A DNA stretch of 64,000 bases, taken from an uncultured delta proteobacterium. GTDB taxonomy: Bacteria > Desulfobacterota > Binatia > Binatales > Binataceae. This document shows positions 27,554 to 38,014 of this stretch, piece after piece. Within the stretch, counting starts at the first letter, position 1. Each line of letters starts with the position of its first letter. The notes below the pieces were generated by a model. It made no database searches. It saw nothing but the letters and a program-made list of their open reading frames with translations, and was not told where the DNA came from. Location of the stretch: contig CAWCDG010000003.1 of NCBI GenBank assembly GCA_963794325.1, positions 384,001 through 448,000 of the forward strand, read 5' to 3'. The position numbers and the translations under genes were made by a program.

Positions 27554-29377
27554 ATGAAGAATCCGTTTAGTGATCGATTGTGGATAAGTCGCGAGGTCCG
27601 CCTCGCCATCATTGTCGCGATTTTGTGTGCCGTCGGCGCGGTTGCATGCACGTCGCGCCATTGGACAATCGGAATCACAGTCCTTGGAATCGCCGCTGCG
27701 ATGGTAGCGGCCTTCTATTTTGCGGTCGTCAAACCGGCGCGAATTCCGAGTGACAGTGTCCTGATGGTTCGCCTCGCAGGCACGATCGAAGAAGACGTGA
27801 AAAACTCGCCCCTCGATCAGCTCATGCGTCGCGGCGGAATCAGCCTCGACCATCTCCGCTATGCGTTCGAGTCGGCGGCTATCGACAACGATGTTCGAGC
27901 GATCGTCGTCGAGATCGCCAGCTTCGGCGCCGGTCTGGCCACCGCGCACGAAATCCATCGCCTGATGCGCGCCGCTCAACAGGGCGGCAAGCGTGTGATC
28001 GCGCTGCTTCGCGGTGATGACGCAGGATTGCGCGAATACCTGGTCGCGGCCGGAGCCGGTGAAATAGTTGCCAATCCGGACACGATGCTCACGATGCTCG
28101 GGGTCGCGACCGGCGGTGTGTTCCTCAAGAACGCGCTCGACAAGCTGAAAATCCAGGCGCAAACCCTGCAATGGAAGGAATACAAGGGCGCCGCCGAGAT
28201 GCTCGGCCGCGACACGATGTCGCCGGCGGTGCGCGAGAGCATGGAGGCGATCGTCGCGGACTGGCAGAAAATCCTGGTCGAGGCGATCGCATCGGCTCGC
28301 CAACTGTCTCCTGACAAAGTGCGCGACCTGCTCTCGGCGGGCTTCGTCAGCACAAAATTCGCGGTGGAGAATAAGCTGATCGATCGCGAAGGCTATATTG
28401 AAGACATCCGCTCCGAGTTCGATCCCGAGGCCAAGCACAAAGTATTCGTCAACCTGGCACGATACCGCCGTCACGCGATCTTCACCCGCGAGCGCGGGCC
28501 GCGCCCGCGAATCGCGCTGGTGCACGCCAGCGGCCCGGTGATTTCGGGCGAAGCGCCCGCAACCGGCGAATATATAAGCGGCGTCGCAACCGCCGCGCAG
28601 CTCGATCGCGCGTCGCGCGACGAGCGCGTCAAAGCAATCGTGTTTCGCGTGAATTCACCGGGCGGCTCCGCAGTCGGCTCCGACCTGGTCTGGCGCGCCG
28701 TGCGCGAGGCGCAGGGCCGCGGTAAGCCGGTCGTCGTCTCGATGGGCGACGTCGCGGGCTCGGGAGGCTACTACGTCGCAGCGGGCGCCGACGCGATCGT
28801 CGCAGAGGCGGCGACGATCACGGGCTCGATCGGCGTCGTCTACGCGAAGTTCAATCTCGGCAGTCTGCTCACAGAGCTGGGCGTCCATTTCGATTTCGTC
28901 AAAAGCGCGCCGATCAGCGACGCGATGTCGATGGCGCGCGCGATGACCGACGCCGAACTCGCACAGCTCAACGAAACCGTCGGCCATCTGTATTCGGCGT
29001 TCACTGCGAAGGTCGCGGAAGGCCGTCACCTCACCCCCGAGCAGGCGGAAGCCGTCGCGAAGGGACGCATTTGGAGCGGTCTCGCAGCCAAGGAGCGCGG
29101 ACTGATCGACGAAGTCGGCGGCCTCTCAACCGCAGTGGCAATCGCGCGAGACCGAGCGCATATCGCCGCGGATAAGCGCCATCAACTGGTGACCTACCGC
29201 GGTGAGCGCCGATGGCTGGATTTTCGCGGCAGCAGCGCCGACGCGGAATTATCAACGTCGTGGACAATCCGCGCAGCCGCCAGCACTCTTGGCATCCCAA
29301 CCCGCTGGGCGCCCGCGATGCTCGAGCTGCTAATCCGCGGCGGCGTGATGCTCCTGTGCCCGTTCATCGAGCTGTAG
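27554..29377 (+). CDS. sppA: Signal peptide peptidase SppA (long form)
   Basis: EYKGAAE, RVNSPGGSAVGS, SMGDVAGSGGYY, TITGSIGV, KGRIWSG. Confidence 0.93.
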   Translation: MKNPFSDRLWISREVRLAIIVAILCAVGAVACTSRHWTIGITVLGIAAAMVAAFYFAVVKPARIPSDSVLMVRLAGTIEEDVKNSPLDQLMRRGGISLDHLRYAFESAAIDNDVRAIVVEIASFGAGLATAHEIHRLMRAAQQGGKRVIALLRGDDAGLREYLVAAGAGEIVANPDTMLTMLGVATGGVFLKNALDKLKIQAQTLQWKEYKGAAEMLGRDTMSPAVRESMEAIVADWQKILVEAIASARQLSPDKVRDLLSAGFVSTKFAVENKLIDREGYIEDIRSEFDPEAKHKVFVNLARYRRHAIFTRERGPRPRIALVHASGPVISGEAPATGEYISGVATAAQLDRASRDERVKAIVFRVNSPGGSAVGSDLVWRAVREAQGRGKPVVVSMGDVAGSGGYYVAAGADAIVAEAATITGSIGVVYAKFNLGSLLTELGVHFDFVKSAPISDAMSMARAMTDAELAQLNETVGHLYSAFTAKVAEGRHLTPEQAEAVAKGRIWSGLAAKERGLIDEVGGLSTAVAIARDRAHIAADKRHQLVTYRGERRWLDFRGSSADAELSTSWTIRAAASTLGIPTRWAPAMLELLIRGGVMLLCPFIEL

Positions 29378-29385
29378 CGCCTTCG

Positions 29386-30309
29386 CTACAGCGGGGAGCG
29401 TTGGAGTTCTTCGCGGATCGAGTACATCTTCTGCCGCGCTTCGCTGATGTACGCGTCGAGGTTGCGGCGATGGTTCGCGAACAGGCCGTCGGGCGATCCG
29501 TTCATCACGATTAGCGGCTTCATCACCGCCGCTTTGCCCAGCGCGTCGATCGAATCGTCGAACAAGGTCTTCAGCACCGGGTCGTCCTTGATCTGTCCCG
29601 CGTACTCGCGCTCGAGCGCCTCCATCATGTGATACATCACGTACGCGTAGCCCTGCGAATGATAAAAGTAGTGATCGCAGTCCCAGCTATGGACCGGGCT
29701 GCCGTCGTCCTTGGTCGAACGGTAGAGGTTCGCATGCGCGTCGCCGAGCAGGTCGGTCCACGTCTGGATCAGCCGAATCAGCTCGACCGCGCGCGTATTC
29801 AGCTCGCGCGAGTCCGGCGGCGTCGTGTGCAAGCCCGCGACGTATGCGCGCAGATGCCGGACGCCGTCGTCGTATTTGCTTTCGGCCGACGGCAGGATCC
29901 ATTTCTCGGCGTCGTTGCGGAAATCAGTGTCGGCAACCACCAGGTTTGGATCGTACTGATTCGACGAAACCTTGGTCAGGTGATCCTTGAAGATGCGCGT
30001 CGTCTCGCGCACCGCCATGATGATGCCGAGCTGGCGATCGGAGTTATTGTCCGCCGTGACCTTTGGCCCCCACAGGAAGAAGTCGTTCGGCCGCCATCCG
30101 AATCCGGTGTGCAGCTCATGGTCCATGATCGCCGCGAGCGTCGACGCATAGATCTCGCCGGGGACAATCGGCTTGTCAGGCGGAAAAGTCGCGTTGATGT
30201 CGTAGCCGAGTTGATCGTGATGCTTCTGCCCGAAATGAAGCGCGAGGTTTCCGCCAATCCAGATCAGAAGGAGGGCCGCAGCCCCATACAGGAGTCGGTT
30301 CCGGTTCAT
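29386..30309 (-). CDS. DUF2333-like protein
   Basis: N-terminal TM, GWRPND, DNN..RQLG, W.LPSAE..Y, D.YFY..QG, PLIVMNG...G.FANH. Confidence 0.75.
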   Translation of the reverse strand: MNRNRLLYGAAALLLIWIGGNLALHFGQKHHDQLGYDINATFPPDKPIVPGEIYASTLAAIMDHELHTGFGWRPNDFFLWGPKVTADNNSDRQLGIIMAVRETTRIFKDHLTKVSSNQYDPNLVVADTDFRNDAEKWILPSAESKYDDGVRHLRAYVAGLHTTPPDSRELNTRAVELIRLIQTWTDLLGDAHANLYRSTKDDGSPVHSWDCDHYFYHSQGYAYVMYHMMEALEREYAGQIKDDPVLKTLFDDSIDALGKAAVMKPLIVMNGSPDGLFANHRRNLDAYISEARQKMYSIREELQRSPL

Positions 30310-30335
30310 CGCCGGACGGAACTATAACACGATCC

Positions 30336-31130
30336 CTACGACACCGCGCGCAGTGGAACTACTGCGGCGCTCGCGCTCTTGAGCTCGTCGCGGCTGGTGC
30401 CCAACTGCTTGATCAATGGAAACACGGCGCGGGTCAGGAATACTCTAGGACTGATTCCGCCGCCGCCGATTCGAAGGTTCTCGTGATACTTCGGAATCAG
30501 GCCGTCGCCGGGCATCTTGAACTTCGCGATCACATGCGCGAGATCCGACAAGGTGCCGACGCGGTCTTCTGCCATCTCGATTTCGACCATCGAGCGGTAG
30601 AAGCCGGCGTGCGCGGCCTCGTCACGGCTCACGAGAAAAAAGATCGCTTCGAGCGTCGGGTCGTGCTCGGCTTCGGCGCGATCCTTTTGCGCGCGATACG
30701 CCAGATACGTCGCCGATTCCTGCAGCGCCCCGTAACAGCTCATCTGGCGGCGCGTCGCGAACGGCGCATCCCACTTCCGCGAGAACACGTCCGCCTCCAG
30801 CTTGTCGAATTGCGCCTGCGTGCGCAGCCCGGAACGAATCAGGTACTCGCGAAACACCAGCCCGTGACGCGATTCCTCGTAGCTCCACGCGTTCTGAAAC
30901 CACGCGAGTCCGAACACCCCGCGCAACAACTCGTTGCCCGCTTGCGTGTAATCGGGCAGGAACATTTCCTCGGCGCAGTAGGTCTCGATACGAATCGCGC
31001 GCTCTTCGGAGTTCATCTCGGGAGCTAGCTGGTCCCACGGCACATCGTCGAAAAGATTCCAGCGGCGCTTGCGCTCCGCAGTCTCGAAGAATTCCATGTA
31101 TGCGCGGTAGAACTTTTCTTTCGCAGTCAT
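30336..31130 (-). CDS. Acyl-ACP desaturase-like diiron protein
   Basis: EE.FLPDY, WSYEESRHG, LQESAT, RDEAAH, FKMPG. Confidence 0.88.
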   Translation of the reverse strand: MTAKEKFYRAYMEFFETAERKRRWNLFDDVPWDQLAPEMNSEERAIRIETYCAEEMFLPDYTQAGNELLRGVFGLAWFQNAWSYEESRHGLVFREYLIRSGLRTQAQFDKLEADVFSRKWDAPFATRRQMSCYGALQESATYLAYRAQKDRAEAEHDPTLEAIFFLVSRDEAAHAGFYRSMVEIEMAEDRVGTLSDLAHVIAKFKMPGDGLIPKYHENLRIGGGGISPRVFLTRAVFPLIKQLGTSRDELKSASAAVVPLRAVS

Positions 31131-31244
31131 CTAGCGGGGATTCAGACTCGATCGCGGACGAGGCTATGCGATCACGCTAGCACGCGGTCAATTAACAACC
31201 TAACTAGGATTGTGCCTTTTGGGACAAATGTCTGAAAAATCGGA

Positions 31245-32519
31245 TCAGAAAATACTTAATAAACGTTTAGTTAACGAGGCGCTCTTCGCCACGTCCGAGG
31301 GTGCCAGCAGCGCGATCGACGCGATTGGCTTGCCGCCCTCGGTCACATTCGCGGTTCCGATCTGCTGTCCCGCTTTGAGCGGCGCTGCGATCGACGGCGG
31401 CAGATTGTAATCGACTTTGATCGCATTCTTCGCGTCGCCGCGCTTCAAGAACACCCCTGCATCGTCACCCCAGACCGGCTTGATACTAGCCGTGTCGGCG
31501 TTGCTTATCGCGACGGTTTGCCCGATCGGGGCGCCTTTCTTGGCGATCGGATGCATCTCGTAATTCAGAAATCCTTGCGACAACATCTCGGACGCTTCCT
31601 TGAAATTCGTCAGCTTGTGCTGACTGCCGAGCACCACCGCGATCAGCCTCAGGCCATTGCGTTTTGCAGTGGCGACCACGTTGAACCCTGCCTTGTCGTA
31701 GAACCCGGTCTTGAGCCCGTCGCATCCGGGATAGGTCCGCACCATGTGATTCGTATTGCGCAGGATGAAGGTCCCGGCGCGAAACGGCGCCGTGTCGATC
31801 GACGACCATCGCACGATGTCCGGATATTTGATCAGCTCGCGCGCGAGAATCGCCTGATCGAATGCGCTCGCGACGTCGGCCTGCTCGCCCTTCGACGGCG
31901 GCAGTCCGTTAACCGAGAAGTAGTGCGAGTCCTTCATCCCGATCGCCGCGGCCTGCTGATTCATCATCACGACGAACGATTCCGTCGATCCCGCGATATA
32001 CTCCGCGACCGCCACCGACGCGTCGTTGGCCGAATGCACCACGACCGCCTTCATCATGTCGTCGAGCGAGAACGTCTCGCCTTCCTTCAGATAGACTTGC
32101 GATCCGCCCATCTCGGCCGCCTTGCGCGAGGTGGTGATGTTGTCGGTCAGCTTCAGCGATCCGTCGTGAATTTTCTCGGCGACGATCAGCATCAGCATCA
32201 TCTTGGCCAGCGAAGCGGTCGGCCACGGCGCATGATCGTTGGATTCGAAGATGACGGTGCCGGTGGTCGGTTCGATCACGCACGCCTCGGAGTATGCGCC
32301 GAGTGCTGTGCTCGACGTGCTGGCCCCGCTTTCCTCATCAGGCGCCTCAGCTTTGGCAGCAGCAGCATGATGCCGCCGGGCAGCAAGAGCGGCGTGCGCT
32401 GACGTCAACGCGACAAGCGCGATGATCAGCGCGACAAATCCAAATTTTCGACTGGTGACAGCAGTGGCGCGGGCCGCCGTGCCCGCAGCCGATTCGCCGC
32501 ATCGCGAGAGAACCTTCAT
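31245..32519 (-). CDS. dacA: D-alanyl-D-alanine carboxypeptidase (peptidase S11)
   Basis: SxxK (ASLAK), SxN (SAN), KTG; PBP5 C-terminal domain. Confidence 0.92.
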   Translation of the reverse strand: MKVLSRCGESAAGTAARATAVTSRKFGFVALIIALVALTSAHAALAARRHHAAAAKAEAPDEESGASTSSTALGAYSEACVIEPTTGTVIFESNDHAPWPTASLAKMMLMLIVAEKIHDGSLKLTDNITTSRKAAEMGGSQVYLKEGETFSLDDMMKAVVVHSANDASVAVAEYIAGSTESFVVMMNQQAAAIGMKDSHYFSVNGLPPSKGEQADVASAFDQAILARELIKYPDIVRWSSIDTAPFRAGTFILRNTNHMVRTYPGCDGLKTGFYDKAGFNVVATAKRNGLRLIAVVLGSQHKLTNFKEASEMLSQGFLNYEMHPIAKKGAPIGQTVAISNADTASIKPVWGDDAGVFLKRGDAKNAIKVDYNLPPSIAAPLKAGQQIGTANVTEGGKPIASIALLAPSDVAKSASLTKRLLSIF

Positions 32520-32612
32520 CACGTACCACCTCCGCAACACATCAATGCAACGGAAGCATACTAGCCAACAACTCGCATCGCAGCGAGCGTCGACGCGCGA
32601 AACCGTCCCTTT

Positions 32613-32720
32613 TGGTTCCCCTTCCCGCGCGCTGAAGAGGTTACTCTCAACAATCCGGTTCCCCTTCCCGCTCGGGAAGGGGTTAGGGGTTAGAGCCTGC
32701 CCTGAGCGTAGCCGAAGGGT
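32613..32720. repeat. Composite REP cluster (family A plus CCTGAGC..GAAGGG unit)
   Basis: CCGGTTCCCCTTCCC-GCTC-GGGAAGGGGTTAGGGGTTAG then CCTGCCCTGAGCGTAGCCGAAGGG. Confidence 0.9.
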
Positions 32721-32738
32721 TCCTGCTCGCTAAATCGA

Positions 32739-33806
32739 CTAAAAACGATCCGCTGTCCAGAACACCGATCGCGAGTCAGCGAAAATCTCAAACGCGCGGG
32801 CCGAAGCCGCTTCAGGAGCCATCGCAAACCGTCGCGCCAGTTTCTCGGGCGCGAGAACTCGCCACATGTAATTGTTGTCGACGTGATGCGCCACGGGACA
32901 TCCCGCGTCGCCCAGCGCCTTTTCGAGCGCGGGATCGTGCGCGGTATGCGTAACGATCACCGAAGGCTCGTCTGGCTTCGACGCGCTGTGGAGCAGACTG
33001 GCGCGCCGATGATCCCCGACCCGCCGACCGGTGACCGGTACTCCAGCCGCAGACTGGCCGAGGTACTTGAACGTCGCGAGCATCGCATCGGCACCGCCGG
33101 GCAGATATCCGAACTCCATCACCATCGAGACGCCATGAAACCGCGTGACCCGCGCGTACGCCGCGATTCGTGCGCCGTCGCGGCACACGACGAAATATTC
33201 CTCCGAACCTTCGCCAGGATGGAGCGGCTGATTGCCGGCAAATTTAAGATTCGCGCGCCAGGCCGAGTCGTCGCGAACCGCAGTCACATTGAAGCGACCG
33301 CTATACTCGCGATGAATCGCGGCAATCTCCCCAAGGTCGCGCTCAATTTCGAACGAATCGATAACGAAACGATCGGGCGCGTTAAGTCCGGCAGCAGCCG
33401 CCAGGATGCTGAATTTCCGCTCGACCTCGCGCCATCCGAACTGGTTGTAGAAGGTGAGCCGCTCCGCGAACAGCAGCGATACTTCGAAGCCCTCGCGAAT
33501 CATCGTGTCCACCGCGAGCCGCATCAGGTCTGACGCAACGCCCTTGTGCCGATACGTTTTGAGCGTGAACACCGATCCGATTCCACCCATCGGCACCGAT
33601 TGCCCCTCGAGATTCACCACGCGATCGAATATCTGAACCGTCGAGACCAGCCGCCCGCCGTCGCGCGCAACGAGGCAGAGCGCATCGCGGAAGTTGGGGT
33701 CGTTATGGTTGTATCGTGCGAAAAACTCGCCGCCGTCATTGTACCAATGCCCCAGCAAGTCGAGCACTTCATCCCGCTCGCTACGATGCGCCGATCGAAC
33801 TTTCAT
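32739..33806 (-). CDS. GNAT acetyltransferase (Eis-like)
   Basis: MGGIGSVFT...YRHKGVAS.LM, FYNQFGW; start ATG 33806. Confidence 0.85.
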   Translation of the reverse strand: MKVRSAHRSERDEVLDLLGHWYNDGGEFFARYNHNDPNFRDALCLVARDGGRLVSTVQIFDRVVNLEGQSVPMGGIGSVFTLKTYRHKGVASDLMRLAVDTMIREGFEVSLLFAERLTFYNQFGWREVERKFSILAAAAGLNAPDRFVIDSFEIERDLGEIAAIHREYSGRFNVTAVRDDSAWRANLKFAGNQPLHPGEGSEEYFVVCRDGARIAAYARVTRFHGVSMVMEFGYLPGGADAMLATFKYLGQSAAGVPVTGRRVGDHRRASLLHSASKPDEPSVIVTHTAHDPALEKALGDAGCPVAHHVDNNYMWRVLAPEKLARRFAMAPEAASARAFEIFADSRSVFWTADRF

Positions 33807-33871
33807 AATTTGGATTTCTAACTCACTTCGATGGCCGTCGCAAAATCGCGTGCGATAACGGAGCGCGGCCT

Positions 33872-33899
33872 TAATACTGGGTGCAGGGGTCACCCCTGC
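33872..33899. repeat. Family B repeat (truncated)
   Basis: TAATACTGGGTGCAGGGGTCACCCCTGC abutting the gspC stop codon. Confidence 0.8.
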
Positions 33900-34900
33900 T
33901 ATCGCAAATCGAGATGCACCGACGTAGGCGTGCCGCCGCGATTTACTGTGAGGTCGATCGCTGACGCCGTCTTCACTGCTTGAATCAACCCCATCGCCTG
34001 CATCGGGTTGGTGACGGGTTGTCCCTGGATCGAGGTCAGCAGATCGCCGTTTTGCAGGCCGAGTTGCTGAAAGACCGATCCCGGCGCGACTTGCGAGATC
34101 GAGAAACCGTCAGTCTTGCCGTTGACGAAATGCGGCATCGCGCGCATCTGCGAGAAGAACTGCGCAGGATTTTCCATCGTCTGCTGAACTTCGGCGCGGC
34201 TGACTGCGAACTTTCCGGGACCGAGCTTCTTCAGCTGAATATTGTTGCTGCTGTCGTCACTGTTATCGTTGCTGTCGTCGTTGTCGTTGTTGTCCTCTGT
34301 GCCGGGACCGGGACGACCGAGCCTCTGCAGCTTGCGCCGCATCGCAGCGGGGAGACCTCTGAGCATCGGCCCCCGAATCCCGCCCATCCCGTTGCCCATC
34401 GCGTTGCCCAACCGCGACGGCGGCGCTTCGGGAATGTCCGAAGTCGGAATCGCGATCGCGACCCGATGCCCGCTGCTGCGTTCGATGATCGCGCGGTTGG
34501 TCTCGACGCTCACCAGCTTCCCTCCGTTGGGGATGTCCTCTCCCACCTGGTAGAGCGATTCGTTGCCGGTTGGATCTTCGATGATCGCGTACGGCTTCGA
34601 CCTGCTGGCCAGCGAGGTGCCGATCAGCTTCAGGTTCAGATCCTCTTCAACCACCGGCGCGGGTCCGCTTTCCTGCGGCGTCTCGTTGAAGATGTCGCGC
34701 TTGACGATTAAGTCGTAGTACGCGCGCGTCCGCATCCCGGTCACCGGATTGCGCGCCGCCACCGATGCTGGCGCGTCGGATTCATTTGAAACTCTGCGCT
34801 CTATAATATCGCGCACGCACATCGCCGAGACGATCGCCAGCCCCGCGATCAAAACGAAATTCAGGATCGTGACGTGAATTTGTGAAAACCTGAGTTGCAT
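33899..34900 (-). CDS. gspC: Type II secretion protein GspC (HR + PDZ)
   Basis: N-terminal TM, LKLIGT...AIIED, C-terminal PDZ (PGSVFQQLGLQNGDLL..I.G). Confidence 0.88.
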   Translation of the reverse strand: MQLRFSQIHVTILNFVLIAGLAIVSAMCVRDIIERRVSNESDAPASVAARNPVTGMRTRAYYDLIVKRDIFNETPQESGPAPVVEEDLNLKLIGTSLASRSKPYAIIEDPTGNESLYQVGEDIPNGGKLVSVETNRAIIERSSGHRVAIAIPTSDIPEAPPSRLGNAMGNGMGGIRGPMLRGLPAAMRRKLQRLGRPGPGTEDNNDNDDSNDNSDDSSNNIQLKKLGPGKFAVSRAEVQQTMENPAQFFSQMRAMPHFVNGKTDGFSISQVAPGSVFQQLGLQNGDLLTSIQGQPVTNPMQAMGLIQAVKTASAIDLTVNRGGTPTSVHLDLR

Positions 34901-36265
34901 TTACAGGATCGGCTCAGCCCCGTATGCGCATCCTTTGACTAGACGGTTCACGTCGTAGTTCCATTCACCCTTCCACCGGCTGATCACGAAGCTCGCCTGA
35001 CTGTGACCGCTGCGCACCAGGTCCATCAGGCGCAGCAGGTAGATGCTCTCATCCTGGCCGCTTTTGTTCAACGCCCGCTGGCGCTCGAGTCCCCGGGCCG
35101 CTATCTGCATCAGCTCATAGCCGAGTTCCTGCAGTTTAATTTTTCCCGCGCGGGCGTCAAGCCCGTGCTTATGCGCGCCGTCGGTGATTTCCAGCCGTTC
35201 GCGATTGCTCCATCGTTTGACCAGGTCCCACGCGCCCACGAGGCAATCGTCGTCGTACAGAATCCCCTTGAGCAGCGCGGGCAGCGCGAGCATGAACTGC
35301 GGCGGCTGGCTGTCGGCGGTCCGCACCTCGACGTATTTCTTCAGCCGCACTTCGGTAAAAATCGTGGTCAGGTGATTGGTCCAGTCTTCCACGGTTGCGC
35401 GCTCGCGTCCGTATCCGCGTTCGAGATACTGGCGGAACGTCAGGCCGGGCGGCTGCGTGAGATCGATATACTCATGGTTGCGAATCAGGAAATACATCGG
35501 CACGTCGAGCGCGAACTCGGCGTAATCCTCGAACGAACAATCGGGCCGAAAGATAAACTCCGGAACCCCGCTGCGTTCGTTGTCGGTGTCGGTCCAGATA
35601 TGCCCGCGAAAGCTGTGATACCCATTCAGCCCGCCGTCGCTCAGCGGTGAGTTCGCGAAGATCGCATACAGCAGCGGCACGATCCCCATGCTGACCCGCA
35701 GCTTGCGCATCGCATCCGCCTCGTCGCTGTAATCGAGATTGGCCTGCACCCCCGCGGTCTGCTTCATCATGCGCTGGCCGAGCGTCCCCTTGCGCGCCAT
35801 GTACGGGTACATGATGTGGTAGCGGGCCTTCGGCAGCAGCTCGATCTGATCGATACGGCTGATCGGTTGCATCGCGAGGCCCAGCACGGTCGCGCCAATC
35901 TTGCTGGTCACCTCGACCAGTTGTTGCGCATGCCGCGCGAACTCGTCGTACGCGCAGTGGATACTGTCGCACTGCTCGCCGGACAACTCGATCTGACCGC
36001 CCGGCTCGAGCGTGATCGCATCGCGCGCGCCCTTCAGCGCGAGAATATGCCCATGCTCGTCCTCAGGCTCTAAGCCGTAGTCGCTGACCATCCGGCGCAG
36101 CAACTCCTCGACGCCCGCGGCGCCTGAGTAGGGGATAGCGGTACCGTCGGAAGTGCGGACGACGACCTTTTCGTACTCGGACCCAACCCGCCATTGCGCG
36201 CGCGGCTTCCCCCCTTCGACGAAGTACCGAATCAGGTCGTCCTTCTTTTCAAGCAACTCACTCAT
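34901..36265 (-). CDS. gshA: Glutamate-cysteine ligase (plant/alphaproteobacterial type)
   Basis: WRVGSEYEK, ITLEPGGQIELSG, PKARY.IM, QANLDYSDEAD, HLTTIFTEVRLK. Confidence 0.93.
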   Translation of the reverse strand: MSELLEKKDDLIRYFVEGGKPRAQWRVGSEYEKVVVRTSDGTAIPYSGAAGVEELLRRMVSDYGLEPEDEHGHILALKGARDAITLEPGGQIELSGEQCDSIHCAYDEFARHAQQLVEVTSKIGATVLGLAMQPISRIDQIELLPKARYHIMYPYMARKGTLGQRMMKQTAGVQANLDYSDEADAMRKLRVSMGIVPLLYAIFANSPLSDGGLNGYHSFRGHIWTDTDNERSGVPEFIFRPDCSFEDYAEFALDVPMYFLIRNHEYIDLTQPPGLTFRQYLERGYGRERATVEDWTNHLTTIFTEVRLKKYVEVRTADSQPPQFMLALPALLKGILYDDDCLVGAWDLVKRWSNRERLEITDGAHKHGLDARAGKIKLQELGYELMQIAARGLERQRALNKSGQDESIYLLRLMDLVRSGHSQASFVISRWKGEWNYDVNRLVKGCAYGAEPIL

Positions 36266-36294
36266 GCATCAAATCCAATCGCGCCTCCCCAGAA

Positions 36295-36466
36295 TCCGAT
36301 CCCCCTTCCTAATCGCGAAGCGGTTACCTCCCCATTCCGGTCCCCTTCCCGCGAGGCCCGAAAAAGGGGGTTAGGGGTTAGGTTGCCGGCACCATTCACG
36401 ACGCTCATTCCCCTCACAATCCGGTCCCCCTTCCCGCTCGGGAAGGGGTTAGGGGTTAGGTTGCCG
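36295..36466. repeat. Cluster of family A repeats
   Basis: Two GGGGTTAGGGGTTAGGTTGCC-ended hairpin units plus one degenerate unit. Confidence 0.88.
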
Positions 36467-36691
36467 ATCATCATCAACCGTCCCTGCACAGCGCGCGATT
36501 TCCCTCGCCGCGCGATTCAAAAGAAGGTGCGACAAGCGCGCTTATAATGTACTCAGCCAACATACGAGGCAAGCAAATTACCAGGCGCGTCCCGCCGGGG
36601 CCTCCTCAATTATACACTGCCCTTTTACCAATCTGCCTCCCACATTCGGAACCACCGACAAAATTCCATATAGTGATCCGTCGAGCACTCA

Positions 36692-37999
36692 ATGGAACTC
36701 GAACCACTCTCCGCGCGCAACGAAAACGAAAACGCGATCGCTCCCGAACCGCCGCCCGGCAGCGGTTCCACGATGCAATGGGAGGTCCTCGCATACTTCG
36801 CGATTCTCAACATCGCCGTCGGCCTCGGCTCTCCACTCGGCATCGCCGCCATCCCGATTAACTATTTCCTGAAAGATCGCCTTCACCTGACGCCGGTGCA
36901 GATGGCGCTGTTCCTCGCCTTTGCCTCGATTCCCGTCAGCGCCGGATTCGTCTTCGGATTCATCCGCGATCGATGGCGCAGCGAAAACTGGGGCGATCGC
37001 CAATACCTGTTCGCATGCGGACTAATCGCCGCCGGCGGGTACCTGTGGCTGGCCGCCACCACTATTGATTATCTCAAGCTGCTGGCGCTCGTGTTCGTAG
37101 TCGTCATCGCGTTTGTGATGATCTTCTCGTCGGCCCAGGCTCTGATGACGGGAGTGGCGCAGGCGTACGGGATGACCGGGCGGCTGAGCGTCGTGTTCAG
37201 CTTCGGCTATTTCACCCCCGCGGTGATTTCGGCGCTGGCCGGCGGATGGCTGGTCGCGCACGCGTCCGTCAGCGGAACCTTTCTAATCGCGGGCGTCGTG
37301 ACGATCGTGATCGCGATGCAGGCCTTCTGGCGGCTGAAAGCTGCGAGCGATTTCGAAAGCGATCTCGGCCCGCGCGAAAAAGGCTTCGCCGCCGTGATGC
37401 GCCTGATTCGTCATCGGCCATTATGGCCGGCCGCCGCAATCTACTTCCTGTGGAACTTCGGCCCCGGATGGGGCACCCCGATGTTCTATCACCTGACCGA
37501 GCACGTCGGGATTTCGAGCGAACTGTTCGGCACCTTCACCGCGCTGCAGTCGTTGTTCTTCCTGCCGACCAGCCTGCTGTACGGCTACCTGTGCACGCGC
37601 GTGCCGCTCTCGCGCCTGCTCTGGTGGGGCACGATCGTCGCGATCCTCCAGGGCCCAATAATGTGGCTCGCGCTGGGACCGATAAGCACAATAGTCGTCG
37701 CAATCCTCTACGGCCTGTTCGGCGGCTTCGCCACCGCCGCCTACATCGACCTGATCATGCGTTCGTGTCCCAAGGGCCTGGAAGGAACCGCAATGATGAT
37801 GGCGAACACCTCGATGTTCGCGCTCGCCGGCAGTTCCGGCAACTTACTGGGCAGTTGGATCTATTCCAAAGGCGGCTTCGCCTCAGCCGTAATAATCACA
37901 ACCCTGGCCACCGCAGTAATAGTCCCCTTGCTGCGAGCAGTCCCGCCGCACCTAACCTCAACCCGCGACGGCGAACTGATCGATCCCACCACCACGTGA
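36692..37999 (+). CDS. MFS transporter (BT1/folate-biopterin-like)
   Basis: About 12 TM segments; YFLKDRLHLTP.Q, FG.I.D, CPKGLEGT motifs. Confidence 0.82.
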   Translation: MELEPLSARNENENAIAPEPPPGSGSTMQWEVLAYFAILNIAVGLGSPLGIAAIPINYFLKDRLHLTPVQMALFLAFASIPVSAGFVFGFIRDRWRSENWGDRQYLFACGLIAAGGYLWLAATTIDYLKLLALVFVVVIAFVMIFSSAQALMTGVAQAYGMTGRLSVVFSFGYFTPAVISALAGGWLVAHASVSGTFLIAGVVTIVIAMQAFWRLKAASDFESDLGPREKGFAAVMRLIRHRPLWPAAAIYFLWNFGPGWGTPMFYHLTEHVGISSELFGTFTALQSLFFLPTSLLYGYLCTRVPLSRLLWWGTIVAILQGPIMWLALGPISTIVVAILYGLFGGFATAAYIDLIMRSCPKGLEGTAMMMANTSMFALAGSSGNLLGSWIYSKGGFASAVIITTLATAVIVPLLRAVPPHLTSTRDGELIDPTTT

Positions 38000-38014
38000 G
38001 GCACTCTTCCTCAC

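Noticed and set aside
34240-34300. Asn/Asp-coding microsatellite-like stretch in gspC
   Set aside because: Imperfect low-complexity linker between HR and PDZ domains, not a phase-variable tract
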